The translations under genes and the position numbers were made by a program. Below the pieces are notes generated by a model. That model saw only the letters and a list, made by a program, of their open reading frames with translations, was not told the DNA's origin and ran no database searches. A stretch of DNA of 64,000 bases, from NCBI GenBank assembly GCA_025992705.1, contig DAJPGJ010000001.1:399264-463263 (forward strand). Reading direction: 5' to 3'. The DNA comes from Coriobacteriaceae bacterium. Its GTDB lineage: Bacteria; Actinomycetota; Coriobacteriia; Coriobacteriales; QAMH01. Positions 1 through 8,768 of this stretch are shown here, one piece after another (the first letter of the stretch is position 1; the number at the start of each line of letters is the position of its first letter).

Positions 1-251
1 ACTGCCTCGCCAACATCCTCTATTACGGCACGGTTGAGGAGCTGTCGAAGAAGCTTGAGGAAAAGCCCAAGCAGATGCTCATCGTCCCGCAGTTCATGCC
101 GCGCGAGGCCAAGGGCGAGTTCGTCCATCAGGAGAACGCGACCGATGCGCACAAGGCAGCGGCCATGGAGGTCACCGGTACCGGCGCTTCGACCTTCGGT
201 GCCCACCGCGCAGACGCCAAGGTTGGCGAGTACGAGGAGGACGCCGTCTAG
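1..251 (+). CDS. 3' end of an unidentified protein-coding gene (5' part outside window)
   Basis: Frame 3 is open from the window edge to TAG 249-251 (...EELSKKLEEKPKQMLIVPQFMPREAKGEFVHQEN...EYEEDAV*). Hairpin 276-304 follows. Family not recognised. Confidence 0.5.
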   Translation, partial: CLANILYYGTVEELSKKLEEKPKQMLIVPQFMPREAKGEFVHQENATDAHKAAAMEVTGTGASTFGAHRADAKVGEYEEDAV

Positions 252-275
252 ACGACGATCCGAATCGCAACGGAC

Positions 276-304
276 TGGGACAAATGGACAGGTCATTTGT
301 CCCA
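276..304 (+). terminator. Palindromic hairpin TGGGACAAATG-N7-CATTTGTCCCA, putative terminator; the same element recurs at 28663-28691
   Basis: Perfect 11-bp inverted repeat with a 7-nt loop, 25 nt after the stop at 251. Only GTTT follows, so the U-tract is weak. Confidence 0.5.
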
Positions 305-398
305 GTTTACGGTTTCGAGGGGGCGCCCGAATCATCGGGTCGCCCCCTTGGGGGCTGCTGGGAAGACAAGAGTCGCCGGGGCGCTTTTGTCTGGTTTT

Positions 399-446
399 GG
401 CAATAAGGGGACAGACCCTCGGCTTCGGGAAGAAGGGGACAGACCC
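399..446 (+). repeat. Type A intergenic repeat, 2 direct copies
   Basis: GGCAATAAGGGGACAGACCC at 399-418 and GGGAAGAAGGGGACAGACCC at 427-446, read directly. Confidence 0.9.
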
Positions 447-469
447 TCGATTGTCTGGAAGGGGAGCAT

Positions 470-898
470 ATGGAAGAGAACCGAGTCGGCAAGGTTGCCT
501 ATATTCGCTATGAGGGGGGCATCCTCGGCGAGCGCCACGTCGACAAGCACCTGGATGAGCCGCTTGCCGTGCGCATTGGTGCGGGCCGCGTGGTCAAGGG
601 CATCGATGACGCCCTTCGCACGATGGAGGTCGGCGAGAGCGCCACTCTCATCATCCCTCCCGAAGAAGGCTATGGAGATGCCGACCCCAAGCAAATCAAG
701 TGGTATCCCCGCTCAATCATTCCGCATGGATACGAAATCAAGAAAGACACGATGATCATGTGGGAGAGCGCCGATGGACTGGCCAAACGTCCCGCCATGG
801 TGGTGGACGCGACCGAGGATACGGTGAAGATTGACATGAATCATCCCTACGCGGGCAAGACGCTCGAGTACTGGGTCGAGCTTGTCGACCTTCAATAG
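470..898 (+). CDS. FKBP-type peptidyl-prolyl cis-trans isomerase (SlyD/SlpA-like)
   Basis: 142-aa ORF with RBS GGAAGGGGAG upstream. Carries FKBP signatures (GRVVKGIDDALRTMEVGESATLIIPPEEGYG ... MNHPYAGKTLEYWVELVD). Confidence 0.85.
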   Translation: MEENRVGKVAYIRYEGGILGERHVDKHLDEPLAVRIGAGRVVKGIDDALRTMEVGESATLIIPPEEGYGDADPKQIKWYPRSIIPHGYEIKKDTMIMWESADGLAKRPAMVVDATEDTVKIDMNHPYAGKTLEYWVELVDLQ

Positions 899-910
899 GG
901 AGCGGATGCG

Positions 911-1213
911 ATGTGCTATCCATGCACGAACTGCGGGCGCTGCGGAAAGTTTGATCCCAGCAGCCCGCTGTACACACCCCCGCCAAGTATTCCCTGTCTG
1001 AAATGCGGCGGCACTATCGATGCGGCGACCGGCATTTGCGACAGCTGCGGTGATCAGGCCTTCGTGCCGACAGGCGGCATGATGGCGAGTGCCAACAGCC
1101 TGCGTCCCGACGCCGCTGGCAACAAGGGGACAGACCCTTCGTTGTCGAACGACGCCGTTGGCAACAAGGGGACAGACCCTTTCGAGGAGGGATCACCTCA
1201 TGAAACTATTTAA
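911..1213 (+). CDS. Small Cys-rich zinc-ribbon protein whose last ~30 codons are type A repeat sequence
   Basis: Sequence MCYPCTNCGRCGKF...CLKCGG...CDSCGD shows four CxxC pairs. RBS AGGGAG is upstream. The tail GNKGTDP...GNKGTDP is a translation of repeats 1118-1179, so the true stop and extent are uncertain. Paralogous to 12769-12987. Confidence 0.5.
   Translation: MCYPCTNCGRCGKFDPSSPLYTPPPSIPCLKCGGTIDAATGICDSCGDQAFVPTGGMMASANSLRPDAAGNKGTDPSLSNDAVGNKGTDPFEEGSPHETI
1118..1179 (+). repeat. Type A repeat, 2 identical direct copies 42 nt apart
   Basis: GGCAACAAGGGGACAGACCC at 1118-1137 and 1160-1179, just upstream of the RBS of the gene starting at 1200. Confidence 0.9.
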
Positions 1214-3533
1214 AGGTCAGGGCACGGCCGATCTTGGCAAGCCGTGGCGCTTCGAAGAAGACGGCCTCACCGTCACCCGCGGTTGCGCGTGGTCTCCTCC
1301 GGGATGTCACCCCGTCGGCTGCGGAATCAAGACCTACGTGAACTCAAACGGCGAGCTCGTGCGCATCGAAGGCGATGAGAACCATCCGGTTACGGGCGGT
1401 CGTCTCTGCGTCCGCTGCCTGACGATGCGCGATTACGTCTACAACCCAGACCGCGTCCTGTATCCCATGAAGCGCGCCCGCGAGGACCGCGGCAAGAACA
1501 AGTGGGAGCGCATCACCTGGGACGAGGCCTTCGACACGATTGCCGAGAAGGTCGCTTACTACAAGGAAAACTACGGGGCTGAGTCCATCCTCATGCAAGG
1601 CGGCACTGGCCGCGAGGGTGGCCCCATGCTTCCCGCGTATGCTCAAGCTGCACTCGGCACGCCGAACGCCTCGCAGCCCTTGAGCGGATACTCGTGTTAC
1701 ATTCCGCGCGTCGCGGGCACGACCTACGTCACTGGCGTGGCATATCCCGAGATGGACTACGCCGGTGGCCTGCCCGGCCGCTACGACGACCCGGCCTTCA
1801 CGCTGCCGGAGCTCATCGTGTTCTGGGGCAAGGATCCGCTGCCCACTAATGGCGACGGCCTCTTCGGCCACGCCGCCATCGACATGATGCGCCGCGGCTC
1901 CAAGCTCATGAGCATCGATCCGCGCGTCAACTGGGTCTCGACGAGAGCGGATTGGCACCTGCGCCTGCGCCCCGGCACCGACGCCGCCCTCGGCATGGCG
2001 ATGCTCAACGTCATCATCTCCGAGGACCTCTACGACCACGACTTCGTCGAGAAGTGGTGCTACGGCTTCGAGCAGCTCGCCGAGCGCGTCAAGGAGATGC
2101 CGGTCGAGAAGGCGGCGGAAATAACCGGCGTCGATGCTGGCCTCATCGCCGAGGCCGCCCGCGTCTACGCCGCGGCCAAGCCCGCGCAGATCGCCTGGGG
2201 CCTTGCCATCGACATGAAGTCCAACGGCATGCAGGCGGGCCATTGCATACTCGCCCTCGAGGCCATCACCGGAAATATCGACGTGCCCGGCGGCCAGCTC
2301 GTCGGCGACGTCAATGACGGCCTCGAGCTCGGCTTCGGCTGGAACGAGCTCGGCCCCGAGCTCCAGGGCAAGATTCTGGGCCTCAAACGCTATCCGGCGA
2401 TGGTGAGCTTCGTCCTCAACGCGCACTGCGACATGGTGCTCGACACGCTCGAGACGGGCGAGCCCTACCAGTTCAAGATGGCGGGCTTCGAGGATTGCAA
2501 CGGCCTGGCTGGCACGGATTGCGCCCAGCCCCAGCGCTGGCACGATGCGTACCAGAATCTCGAATGGTGCTTCGGCATCGACGTGTGGCTCACGCCGACG
2601 ATCCAGGCGACCTGCGAGCTGTTCCTCCCGCTATCCTCGACCGTCGAGCACGATAGCGTGGTCTACAGCCATTACGGCGCATCTCCCATCACGATGGGCG
2701 CCATCAACAAGTCCATCACGGTGGGCGAGGGCAAGGGCGATGCCGAGATCATGTACGAGATAGGTCGTCGCTGCATGCCCGTCAACTTCGGGCGCTTCAA
2801 GAACTTCTACGAGTTCCTCGAGTATTACCGCCTCAATGGCAAGACGACTTTCGAGGAGCTGCGCGAGGAGGTCGTGCACCAGAAGACCGAGACGCTCTCC
2901 TATCGCAAATACGAGACGGGCAAGCTGCGCCCCGACGGCATGCCCGGCTTCAACACGCCGACCGGGCGCGTCGAGCTCTATTCGACGATGTTCAGGCAGT
3001 TTGGGGTCGATCCGCTGCCCTTCTACGAGGAGCCGCAGCTTTCGCCGGTCTCCACGCCGGAGAAGATGGAGGAGTATCCCTTCGTGCTCACGACGGGCGC
3101 GCGCACGTATTGCTACTTCCATTCCGAGGGCAAGCAGATTCCGTACCTGCGTGAGATCAACCCCGATCCGCTCATCGAGATCAATCCCGAGGATGCGCTC
3201 AAGCTTGGAATCGCGGACGGCCAGTGGGTACGCGTGAGCAACCCCTTTGGCTCGTGCGTGCTCAAGGCCAAGGTCACTCAGACGGTGTATCCGGGTCTCG
3301 TCATGGCGCAGCACGGCTTCTGGTTCCCCGAGGAGGATGGCGAGGAGCCGCATCTCTACGACGTTTGGCGCTCCAACATCAATCTGCTCATGCCGCACTT
3401 TTACGTGGGGGAGCTGGGATTCGGTGCGCCGTATAAGTGCCTGATCTGCAAGGTCGAGCCTATCGAGGAAAGCTACGACACCGACATGCAGGCTATCTGG
3501 AATCGCTATAGCCAGCTTGTCGTGCCGGAATAG
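1200..3533 (+). CDS. Molybdopterin (bis-MGD) oxidoreductase catalytic subunit, DMSO-reductase superfamily, no signal peptide (paralog 1 of 4)
   Basis: 777 aa from ATG 1200 with RBS GAGGAGG. The track ORF starting at 1089 is an extension through repeats. N-terminal FeS Cys cluster CAWSPPGCHPVGCG...CVRC, with length and motifs typical of the family. No RRxF twin-arginine motif. Clear paralog of 3710-6001. Confidence 0.85.
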   Translation: MKLFKGQGTADLGKPWRFEEDGLTVTRGCAWSPPGCHPVGCGIKTYVNSNGELVRIEGDENHPVTGGRLCVRCLTMRDYVYNPDRVLYPMKRAREDRGKNKWERITWDEAFDTIAEKVAYYKENYGAESILMQGGTGREGGPMLPAYAQAALGTPNASQPLSGYSCYIPRVAGTTYVTGVAYPEMDYAGGLPGRYDDPAFTLPELIVFWGKDPLPTNGDGLFGHAAIDMMRRGSKLMSIDPRVNWVSTRADWHLRLRPGTDAALGMAMLNVIISEDLYDHDFVEKWCYGFEQLAERVKEMPVEKAAEITGVDAGLIAEAARVYAAAKPAQIAWGLAIDMKSNGMQAGHCILALEAITGNIDVPGGQLVGDVNDGLELGFGWNELGPELQGKILGLKRYPAMVSFVLNAHCDMVLDTLETGEPYQFKMAGFEDCNGLAGTDCAQPQRWHDAYQNLEWCFGIDVWLTPTIQATCELFLPLSSTVEHDSVVYSHYGASPITMGAINKSITVGEGKGDAEIMYEIGRRCMPVNFGRFKNFYEFLEYYRLNGKTTFEELREEVVHQKTETLSYRKYETGKLRPDGMPGFNTPTGRVELYSTMFRQFGVDPLPFYEEPQLSPVSTPEKMEEYPFVLTTGARTYCYFHSEGKQIPYLREINPDPLIEINPEDALKLGIADGQWVRVSNPFGSCVLKAKVTQTVYPGLVMAQHGFWFPEEDGEEPHLYDVWRSNINLLMPHFYVGELGFGAPYKCLICKVEPIEESYDTDMQAIWNRYSQLVVPE

Positions 3534-3568
3534 GGAGGGGGAATTACGAGGAAAGCATCTCACCTGGT

Positions 3569-3658
3569 GGCAATAAGGGGACAGACCCCCAAGTGCCGGG
3601 CATGGCAACAGGGGGACAGACCCTCTGCCATCGCAGGTGGGAAGAAGGGGACAGACCC
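3569..3658 (+). repeat. Type A repeat, 3 direct copies (spacing 35 nt)
   Basis: Copies at 3569-3588, 3604-3623 and 3639-3658 lie between the two molybdoenzyme genes. Confidence 0.9.
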
Positions 3659-3709
3659 CTACATGTCGACCCCTACATGTCAAAGAAACAGAGAGGAAGG
3701 GAAGGAAAC

Positions 3710-6001
3710 GTGACCACGACAGCAAAAATCGATAGCGGTATCGAAGACTTCAAAAACGACCTGGGCAAGCCCTGGCGTTACGAGGAGGACGGCTATACCG
3801 TCACGCGCGCCTGCGCCTGGTCGGCGCCGGGCTGCCATCCGGTTGGATGCGGCGTTAAGCTCTACGTGAACAAGGACGGCATCCTCGAAAAGGTCGAGGG
3901 CGACGAGAACCAGCCCATCACACAGGGGCGCCTCTGCATGCGCTGCCTGACCCTCACCGACTTCACCTATCATCCGGACCGCGTCATCTACCCGATGAAA
4001 CGCGCCAAGGAGGATCGCGGCAAGGACAAGTGGGAGCGCATCACCTGGGACGAGGCCTACGACATCATCGAGGAGAACATCCAGGGTCTCAAGGAGAAGT
4101 ACGGCCCCGAGTCCATCGTCGTCTTCGGTGGCACCGGTCGCGAGGGCGGCCCAATGTGCGGCCCTTACGGCGCGGCCATGATCGGTACGCCCAATGCCTG
4201 CTACACGCAGTCCGGTTACGCCTGCTACATCCCGCGCGTTGCCGCTGGCACCTATGTTGCTGGCGTGACCTACCCCGAGATGGACTACGCCGGCGGCTTG
4301 CCCGGACGCTATGACGATCCGATGTACAAGATTCCCGAGGTCACGATCACTTGGGGCAAGGAGCCGCTTCCCTCCAACGGCGACGGTTTCTTCGGCCACG
4401 CCGTCATCGACGTCATGAAGCGCGGCAGCAAGCTCATCTCGATCGATCCGCGCTCCAATTGGCTCTCCACGCGTGCGGTCTATCACCTGCAGCTGCGCCC
4501 TGGTACCGACACGGCTCTTGGCATGGCGATGCTCAACATCATCATCTCCGAGGACCTCTACGATCACGACTTCGTCGACAAATACTGCTACGGCTTCGAG
4601 CAGCTCGCCGAGCGCGTGAAGACCATGACTCCCGAGAAGGCGGCCGAGATCTGCGACCTCGACGTTGACGACATCTACGGTGCAACCCGCATGTACGCCT
4701 GCGCCGACAATGCCGCAATCCTGTGGGGACTTGCCACCGACCAGAAGGCCAACGGCACTCAGTCAGGTCACACGATCATCGCACTCGAGGCCATCACCGG
4801 CAATCTCGACATTCCCGGTGGCCAGCTGCTCGGTGATGTGAGCGACTCGCTCGGCGACCTCGGCTTCGGTTGGAAGGAGCTCGGTCCGGAGCTGCAGAAC
4901 AAGATCATCGGCCTGTACGAGTATCCCGCATATGTCGGCATGGTTCTCAACTCGCACGCCGACCTCACGCTCGAGGCCATGGAGACGGGCGAGCCCTACG
5001 AGATCCACGGCGGCTTCATCGCGTCGACCAACCTGCTTGCCGGCACCTGCGCCGCCCAGCCCAAGCGCTGGCATGACGCCATGGTCAAGCTCGACTTCGT
5101 CTTCGCGGCCGATTGCTGGATCACCCCGACCGTCCAGTGCTGTGCCGACGTCATCCTGCCGCTCGCGACCTACGCCGAGCGCCAGTCCATGGTCGGCACG
5201 CACTACGGCGCATCGCCCAACATGCTCGGTGCCGTCGTCGACGCCGTCAAGGTTGGCGAGACCAAGGGTGACCTTGAGATCCAGTACGAGCTTGGCTGCC
5301 GCCTCAACCCCGGCACCTACGAGCGATTCAAGGATTTCGAAGATTTCCGTGCCGAGTTCCGCCTCGGTAACCTCGGCATGAGCTACGAGGAACTGCGCGA
5401 GAAGGTCGTCGTCCAGCGCAACGTGAGCTACAAGAAGTACGAGACGGGCAAGCTGCGTCCCGACGGCAAGCCCGGCTTCAACACGCCGACCGGTCGCGTC
5501 GAGCTCTACTCGACCATGTACAAGCAGTTCAACGAGGATCCGCTGCCATACTACGAGGAGCCGCAGCGCTCTCCGGTGTCGACGCCCGAGCTCATGGAGG
5601 AGTATCCCTTCGTGCTCACGACCGGCGCCCGCACCTACGCGTACTTCCATTCCGAGGGAAAGCAGATTCCGCTGCTGCGCGAGATCAATCCCGATCCGCT
5701 GCTCGAGATCAATCCCAAGGATGCGGAGAAGCTCGGCATCATCGATGGCGAGTGGGTCAACGTCGAGAACGAGTTCGGCAAATGTGAGCTCAAGGCCAAG
5801 GTCACGCCCATCGTGAAGGAAGGCGTCGTGCATGCTCAGCATGGTTGGTGGTTCCCCGAAGAGGACAGAGAGGAGCCGCATCTGTTCGGCGTGTGGCGCT
5901 GCAATATCAACGAGCTCGTACCGCATAAGTTCGTGGGCAAGCTCGGTTTTGGCGCGCCGTTCAAGTGCCTGCTCTGCAAAGTCGAGAAGCTGAACAAATA
6001 G
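3710..6001 (+). CDS. Molybdopterin (bis-MGD) oxidoreductase catalytic subunit, no signal peptide (paralog 2 of 4)
   Basis: GTG 3710 is preceded by GAGAGGAAGGGAAGGA; the alternative start is ATG 3677. The track ORF from 3593 runs through repeats. Motif CAWSAPGCHPVGCG...CMRC is present, and the protein is collinear with paralog 1 over its full length. Confidence 0.85.
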   Translation: MTTTAKIDSGIEDFKNDLGKPWRYEEDGYTVTRACAWSAPGCHPVGCGVKLYVNKDGILEKVEGDENQPITQGRLCMRCLTLTDFTYHPDRVIYPMKRAKEDRGKDKWERITWDEAYDIIEENIQGLKEKYGPESIVVFGGTGREGGPMCGPYGAAMIGTPNACYTQSGYACYIPRVAAGTYVAGVTYPEMDYAGGLPGRYDDPMYKIPEVTITWGKEPLPSNGDGFFGHAVIDVMKRGSKLISIDPRSNWLSTRAVYHLQLRPGTDTALGMAMLNIIISEDLYDHDFVDKYCYGFEQLAERVKTMTPEKAAEICDLDVDDIYGATRMYACADNAAILWGLATDQKANGTQSGHTIIALEAITGNLDIPGGQLLGDVSDSLGDLGFGWKELGPELQNKIIGLYEYPAYVGMVLNSHADLTLEAMETGEPYEIHGGFIASTNLLAGTCAAQPKRWHDAMVKLDFVFAADCWITPTVQCCADVILPLATYAERQSMVGTHYGASPNMLGAVVDAVKVGETKGDLEIQYELGCRLNPGTYERFKDFEDFRAEFRLGNLGMSYEELREKVVVQRNVSYKKYETGKLRPDGKPGFNTPTGRVELYSTMYKQFNEDPLPYYEEPQRSPVSTPELMEEYPFVLTTGARTYAYFHSEGKQIPLLREINPDPLLEINPKDAEKLGIIDGEWVNVENEFGKCELKAKVTPIVKEGVVHAQHGWWFPEEDREEPHLFGVWRCNINELVPHKFVGKLGFGAPFKCLLCKVEKLNK

Positions 6002-6012
6002 GAGGGGAAACC

Positions 6013-6360
6013 ATGAGAAACGGACTGCTGATTGACTACGAGTTCTGCACGGGCTGCCAGTCCTGCGAGGTCGCGTGCCAGAAGGAGCATGGGTTCGAGG
6101 CTGGCACCTGGGGTATTCGCGTCCTTGACGAGGGCCCCTGGGAGGTCGATGCGAAGACCATGAACTGGAACAAGATTCCCACGCCCACGACGCTGTGCGA
6201 CCTGTGTGCCGAGCGCGTGCAGAAGGGCAAGCTCCCGAGTTGCGTGCATCACTGCCTTGCGGCTGTCATGAAGTTCGGCCCAATCGACGAGTTGGTGAAG
6301 GAGATGGACAAGAAACCCAATCAGGTCATGTTCGTCCCTGGACCGTATATCTGCAAATAG
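6013..6360 (+). CDS. Small 4Fe-4S ferredoxin-type electron-transfer subunit (8 Cys, 115 aa)
   Basis: ATG 6013 with RBS GGAGGGG at 6001-6007. Motifs CTGCQSCEVAC and CDLC...CVHHC are present. Homologous to the 112-aa proteins at 18360 and 21132. Confidence 0.85.
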   Translation: MRNGLLIDYEFCTGCQSCEVACQKEHGFEAGTWGIRVLDEGPWEVDAKTMNWNKIPTPTTLCDLCAERVQKGKLPSCVHHCLAAVMKFGPIDELVKEMDKKPNQVMFVPGPYICK

Positions 6361-6370
6361 CATCGTGCGT

Positions 6371-6395
6371 GGGGCCGGGTCTTGTACCCGGCCCC
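6371..6395 (+). terminator. GC-rich hairpin GGGGCCGGGT-cttgt-ACCCGGCCCC after the ferredoxin gene
   Basis: Perfect 10-bp stem 11 nt after stop 6360. No U-tract. Confidence 0.5.
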
Positions 6396-6412
6396 ATTGC
6401 ATCGCCGCAGGT

Positions 6413-6590
6413 GGCAACAAGGGGACAGACCCCCGGCGTTGTCATTTCGAGCGAAGCGAACGAAGTGAGCGTAGTCGAGAAATCTCGGTTTACGCTCCGC
6501 TAGCAGCGACGGGGAAGATTTCTCCACTCCGGCGCTTCGCGCCTCCGGTCGAAATGACAAAAGGAGCTACGGCAACAAGGGGACAGACCC
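6413..6590. repeat. Mosaic repeat block A - B - B(inverted) - A
   Basis: Type A at 6413-6432 and 6571-6590. Type B (TGTCATTTCGAGCG...GTCGAGAAATCT) at 6440-6485 and an inverted variant at 6516-6559. Confidence 0.9.
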
Positions 6591-6630
6591 CTATCAGCGC
6601 GAGGGATTTTATAGGAGAGCAACCGAAGGG

Positions 6631-8586
6631 ATGGATATGGCGTCTTTTAACGATTACGAGTACGTGTTTACGCCGCTCAGGGTAGGTAGGCAGGTGCTCA
6701 AGAACCGCATTATCTTTTCGCCCATGGTTTCTGATTACACGACCGCAAATGGCGAGCCGACGCAAGGTTACATTGACTTTGTCGAGGAGCAGGCCAAGAC
6801 GGGTGCGGCGCTCATTACGTTGGGGGCGACGCCGGTCAACTGGGACACTGCCCCCGATTATCCCGCCGAGCTGAACGTTACCGAGGATACGCGCATCAAT
6901 GGTCTGGTACTGCTGTCCGAGGTCGCGCATCGCCACGGGGCCAAAATCTCCGTCGAGCTCGTTCACGCCGGTCGCGGCGTGCACCCCGAACTCATCCAGA
7001 GCGAGTACGGACTTGCGCCCACGCCGCTGCCCATTCCGGGGCAGTACCCGTATCTCAAGGAGATGGAGTTCCGCGACATGGAGAACATCATCGCGGACTA
7101 TGTCGATTGCGCGGTGCGCCTCAAGAAGGCCCAGTTCGACGGCGTAAACATTCACGCCGCACATGGCAACCTGATTGCGGCGTTTCTTTCGCCGCTCACC
7201 AATCACCGAAACGACAACTTCGGCGGCAGTTTCGAGAACCGTTGCCGTTTCCCGTTGATGCTGCTCAAGGCCGTACGCGAAGCCGTCGGTGACGACTTCA
7301 TCCTTGACATGCGCATCAGCGGCGACGAGATGGTCGATGGCGGCATGGAGGTCGAAGAAGTCATCGAATTCCTCAAGCTCGCGCAGGAATACCTCGACAT
7401 GGTCAACATCTCGGCCGGCCTCATCGTCGATTGGCGTGCGCAGCTCTTCACGATGCCGCCCTACTACCAGCCGCATTGCCTCAATAGGGAGCTGTCGCGC
7501 AAGGTCAAGGAATGCAAGGAAATCACCATTCCCGTCTCCGTCGTCGGCTGCATCACCAATATCGACGAGGCCGAGGACATCATTGCGAGTGGGGCTGCCG
7601 ATGCGTGCTACATCGCGCGTGCCCTGCTGGCCGACACCGAGATTCTCAAGAAGTCGTATCGCGGCGAGCCCGAGACGGTGCGCCCCTGCCTGCGTTGCCA
7701 TTCGTGTGCGGCGGGCGGCGGCAACCACATGTCGTGTGCCATTAACCCGCAGCTTGGGCGCGGTTATCGTTACTGGGAGATTGTGCCGGCGGCCAAGAGC
7801 AAGAAGGTCGTCATCATCGGCGGCGGTCCGGCTGGCATGATGGCGGCGCAAACCGCGATCAGACGCGGTCACGAGGTCGTGCTGTTCGAGAAGTCCGCAT
7901 CGCTGGGCGGTGCGCTCAACGACATCAACAAGCTACCGTTCAAGAGCGATTTGCTGAAATATACGGAGTGGGACGTCAAGCAGACGATGGAATGTGGTGC
8001 TGACGTGCGTCTCAACACCGAGGCGACCCCCGAGCTCATCATGGCCGAGAAGCCCGATGCGCTCATCGTCGCGCTGGGCTCCGTGCCGGTCAACCCGCCC
8101 GTTCCTGGTCTCGACCGCGACAACGTGTATGGCGTGCGCGATGTCGATTCCGGACGCAAGAAGGTGAGCGGCAAAGTCGTCGTCTGCGGTGGTGGCGCGA
8201 GCGGCTGCGAGTCCGCGCTGGCGCTTGCCATGGAGGGCTGCGAGGTCACGCTCGTCGATCGTGTTCCGCTCGACAGGTTTGCCGCTGGCATGATTCACAT
8301 CACGCGCGGCATGTTGATGGCGCTGCTTGAGGAGTACAAGGTCCGCATTCTCGATGAGCGCAACGTCGAGGCCATCGACGATGATGGCGTGCACGTGCAG
8401 GACAGGAATTGGCGTCGCGAGGTCATTCCCGCTGATTACGTGGTCAACGCCATGGGTATACGCCCCGTCGCGCCCGACCAGTTCCGCGAGCTCATCCCCG
8501 AGACGTACGTTGTGGGTGACTGTGCGGATATTGGCACCATCAAAAAGGCGAACCACAGCGGCTTTGACGCAGCGCTCGAGGTGTAA
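6631..8586 (+). CDS. OYE-like FMN / FAD-NAD(P) two-domain oxidoreductase (2,4-dienoyl-CoA reductase / enoate reductase family)
   Basis: 651 aa. OYE motif HAAHGNLIAAFLSPLTNHRNDNFGGSFENRCRF, FeS motif CLRCHSCAAGGGNHMSCAINP, and Rossmann motif VVIIGGGPAGMMAA. Confidence 0.85.
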   Translation: MDMASFNDYEYVFTPLRVGRQVLKNRIIFSPMVSDYTTANGEPTQGYIDFVEEQAKTGAALITLGATPVNWDTAPDYPAELNVTEDTRINGLVLLSEVAHRHGAKISVELVHAGRGVHPELIQSEYGLAPTPLPIPGQYPYLKEMEFRDMENIIADYVDCAVRLKKAQFDGVNIHAAHGNLIAAFLSPLTNHRNDNFGGSFENRCRFPLMLLKAVREAVGDDFILDMRISGDEMVDGGMEVEEVIEFLKLAQEYLDMVNISAGLIVDWRAQLFTMPPYYQPHCLNRELSRKVKECKEITIPVSVVGCITNIDEAEDIIASGAADACYIARALLADTEILKKSYRGEPETVRPCLRCHSCAAGGGNHMSCAINPQLGRGYRYWEIVPAAKSKKVVIIGGGPAGMMAAQTAIRRGHEVVLFEKSASLGGALNDINKLPFKSDLLKYTEWDVKQTMECGADVRLNTEATPELIMAEKPDALIVALGSVPVNPPVPGLDRDNVYGVRDVDSGRKKVSGKVVVCGGGASGCESALALAMEGCEVTLVDRVPLDRFAAGMIHITRGMLMALLEEYKVRILDERNVEAIDDDGVHVQDRNWRREVIPADYVVNAMGIRPVAPDQFRELIPETYVVGDCADIGTIKKANHSGFDAALEV

Positions 8587-8596
8587 ACGCGCAGGT

Positions 8597-8753
8597 GGCA
8601 ATAAGGGGACAGACCCCCGTTTGTCAGGTGTGGCAAGCGGGGGACAGACCCTCCTGCATCATCGCAGATGGCAATAAGGGGACAGACCCTCCATTGTCAT
8701 TTCGAGCGCAGCGCAGCGAAGTCGAGAAATCTTGGCGATAAGGGGACAGACCC
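8597..8753 (+). repeat. Mosaic repeat block A - A - A - B - A
   Basis: Type A at 8597-8616, 8632-8651, 8670-8689 and 8734-8753. Type B at 8695-8732. Confidence 0.9.
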
Positions 8754-8768
8754 CGGAGAGGAACGATC

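Noticed and set aside
1089-1199. N-terminal extensions of the ORFs at 1089, 3593 and 34501 in the six-frame track
   Set aside because: The extensions are translations of type A and B repeats (GNKGTDP, ATRGQTL, WQQGDRP peptides). Good RBS and start pairs exist at 1200, 3710 and 34777, and the homologous proteins begin there.
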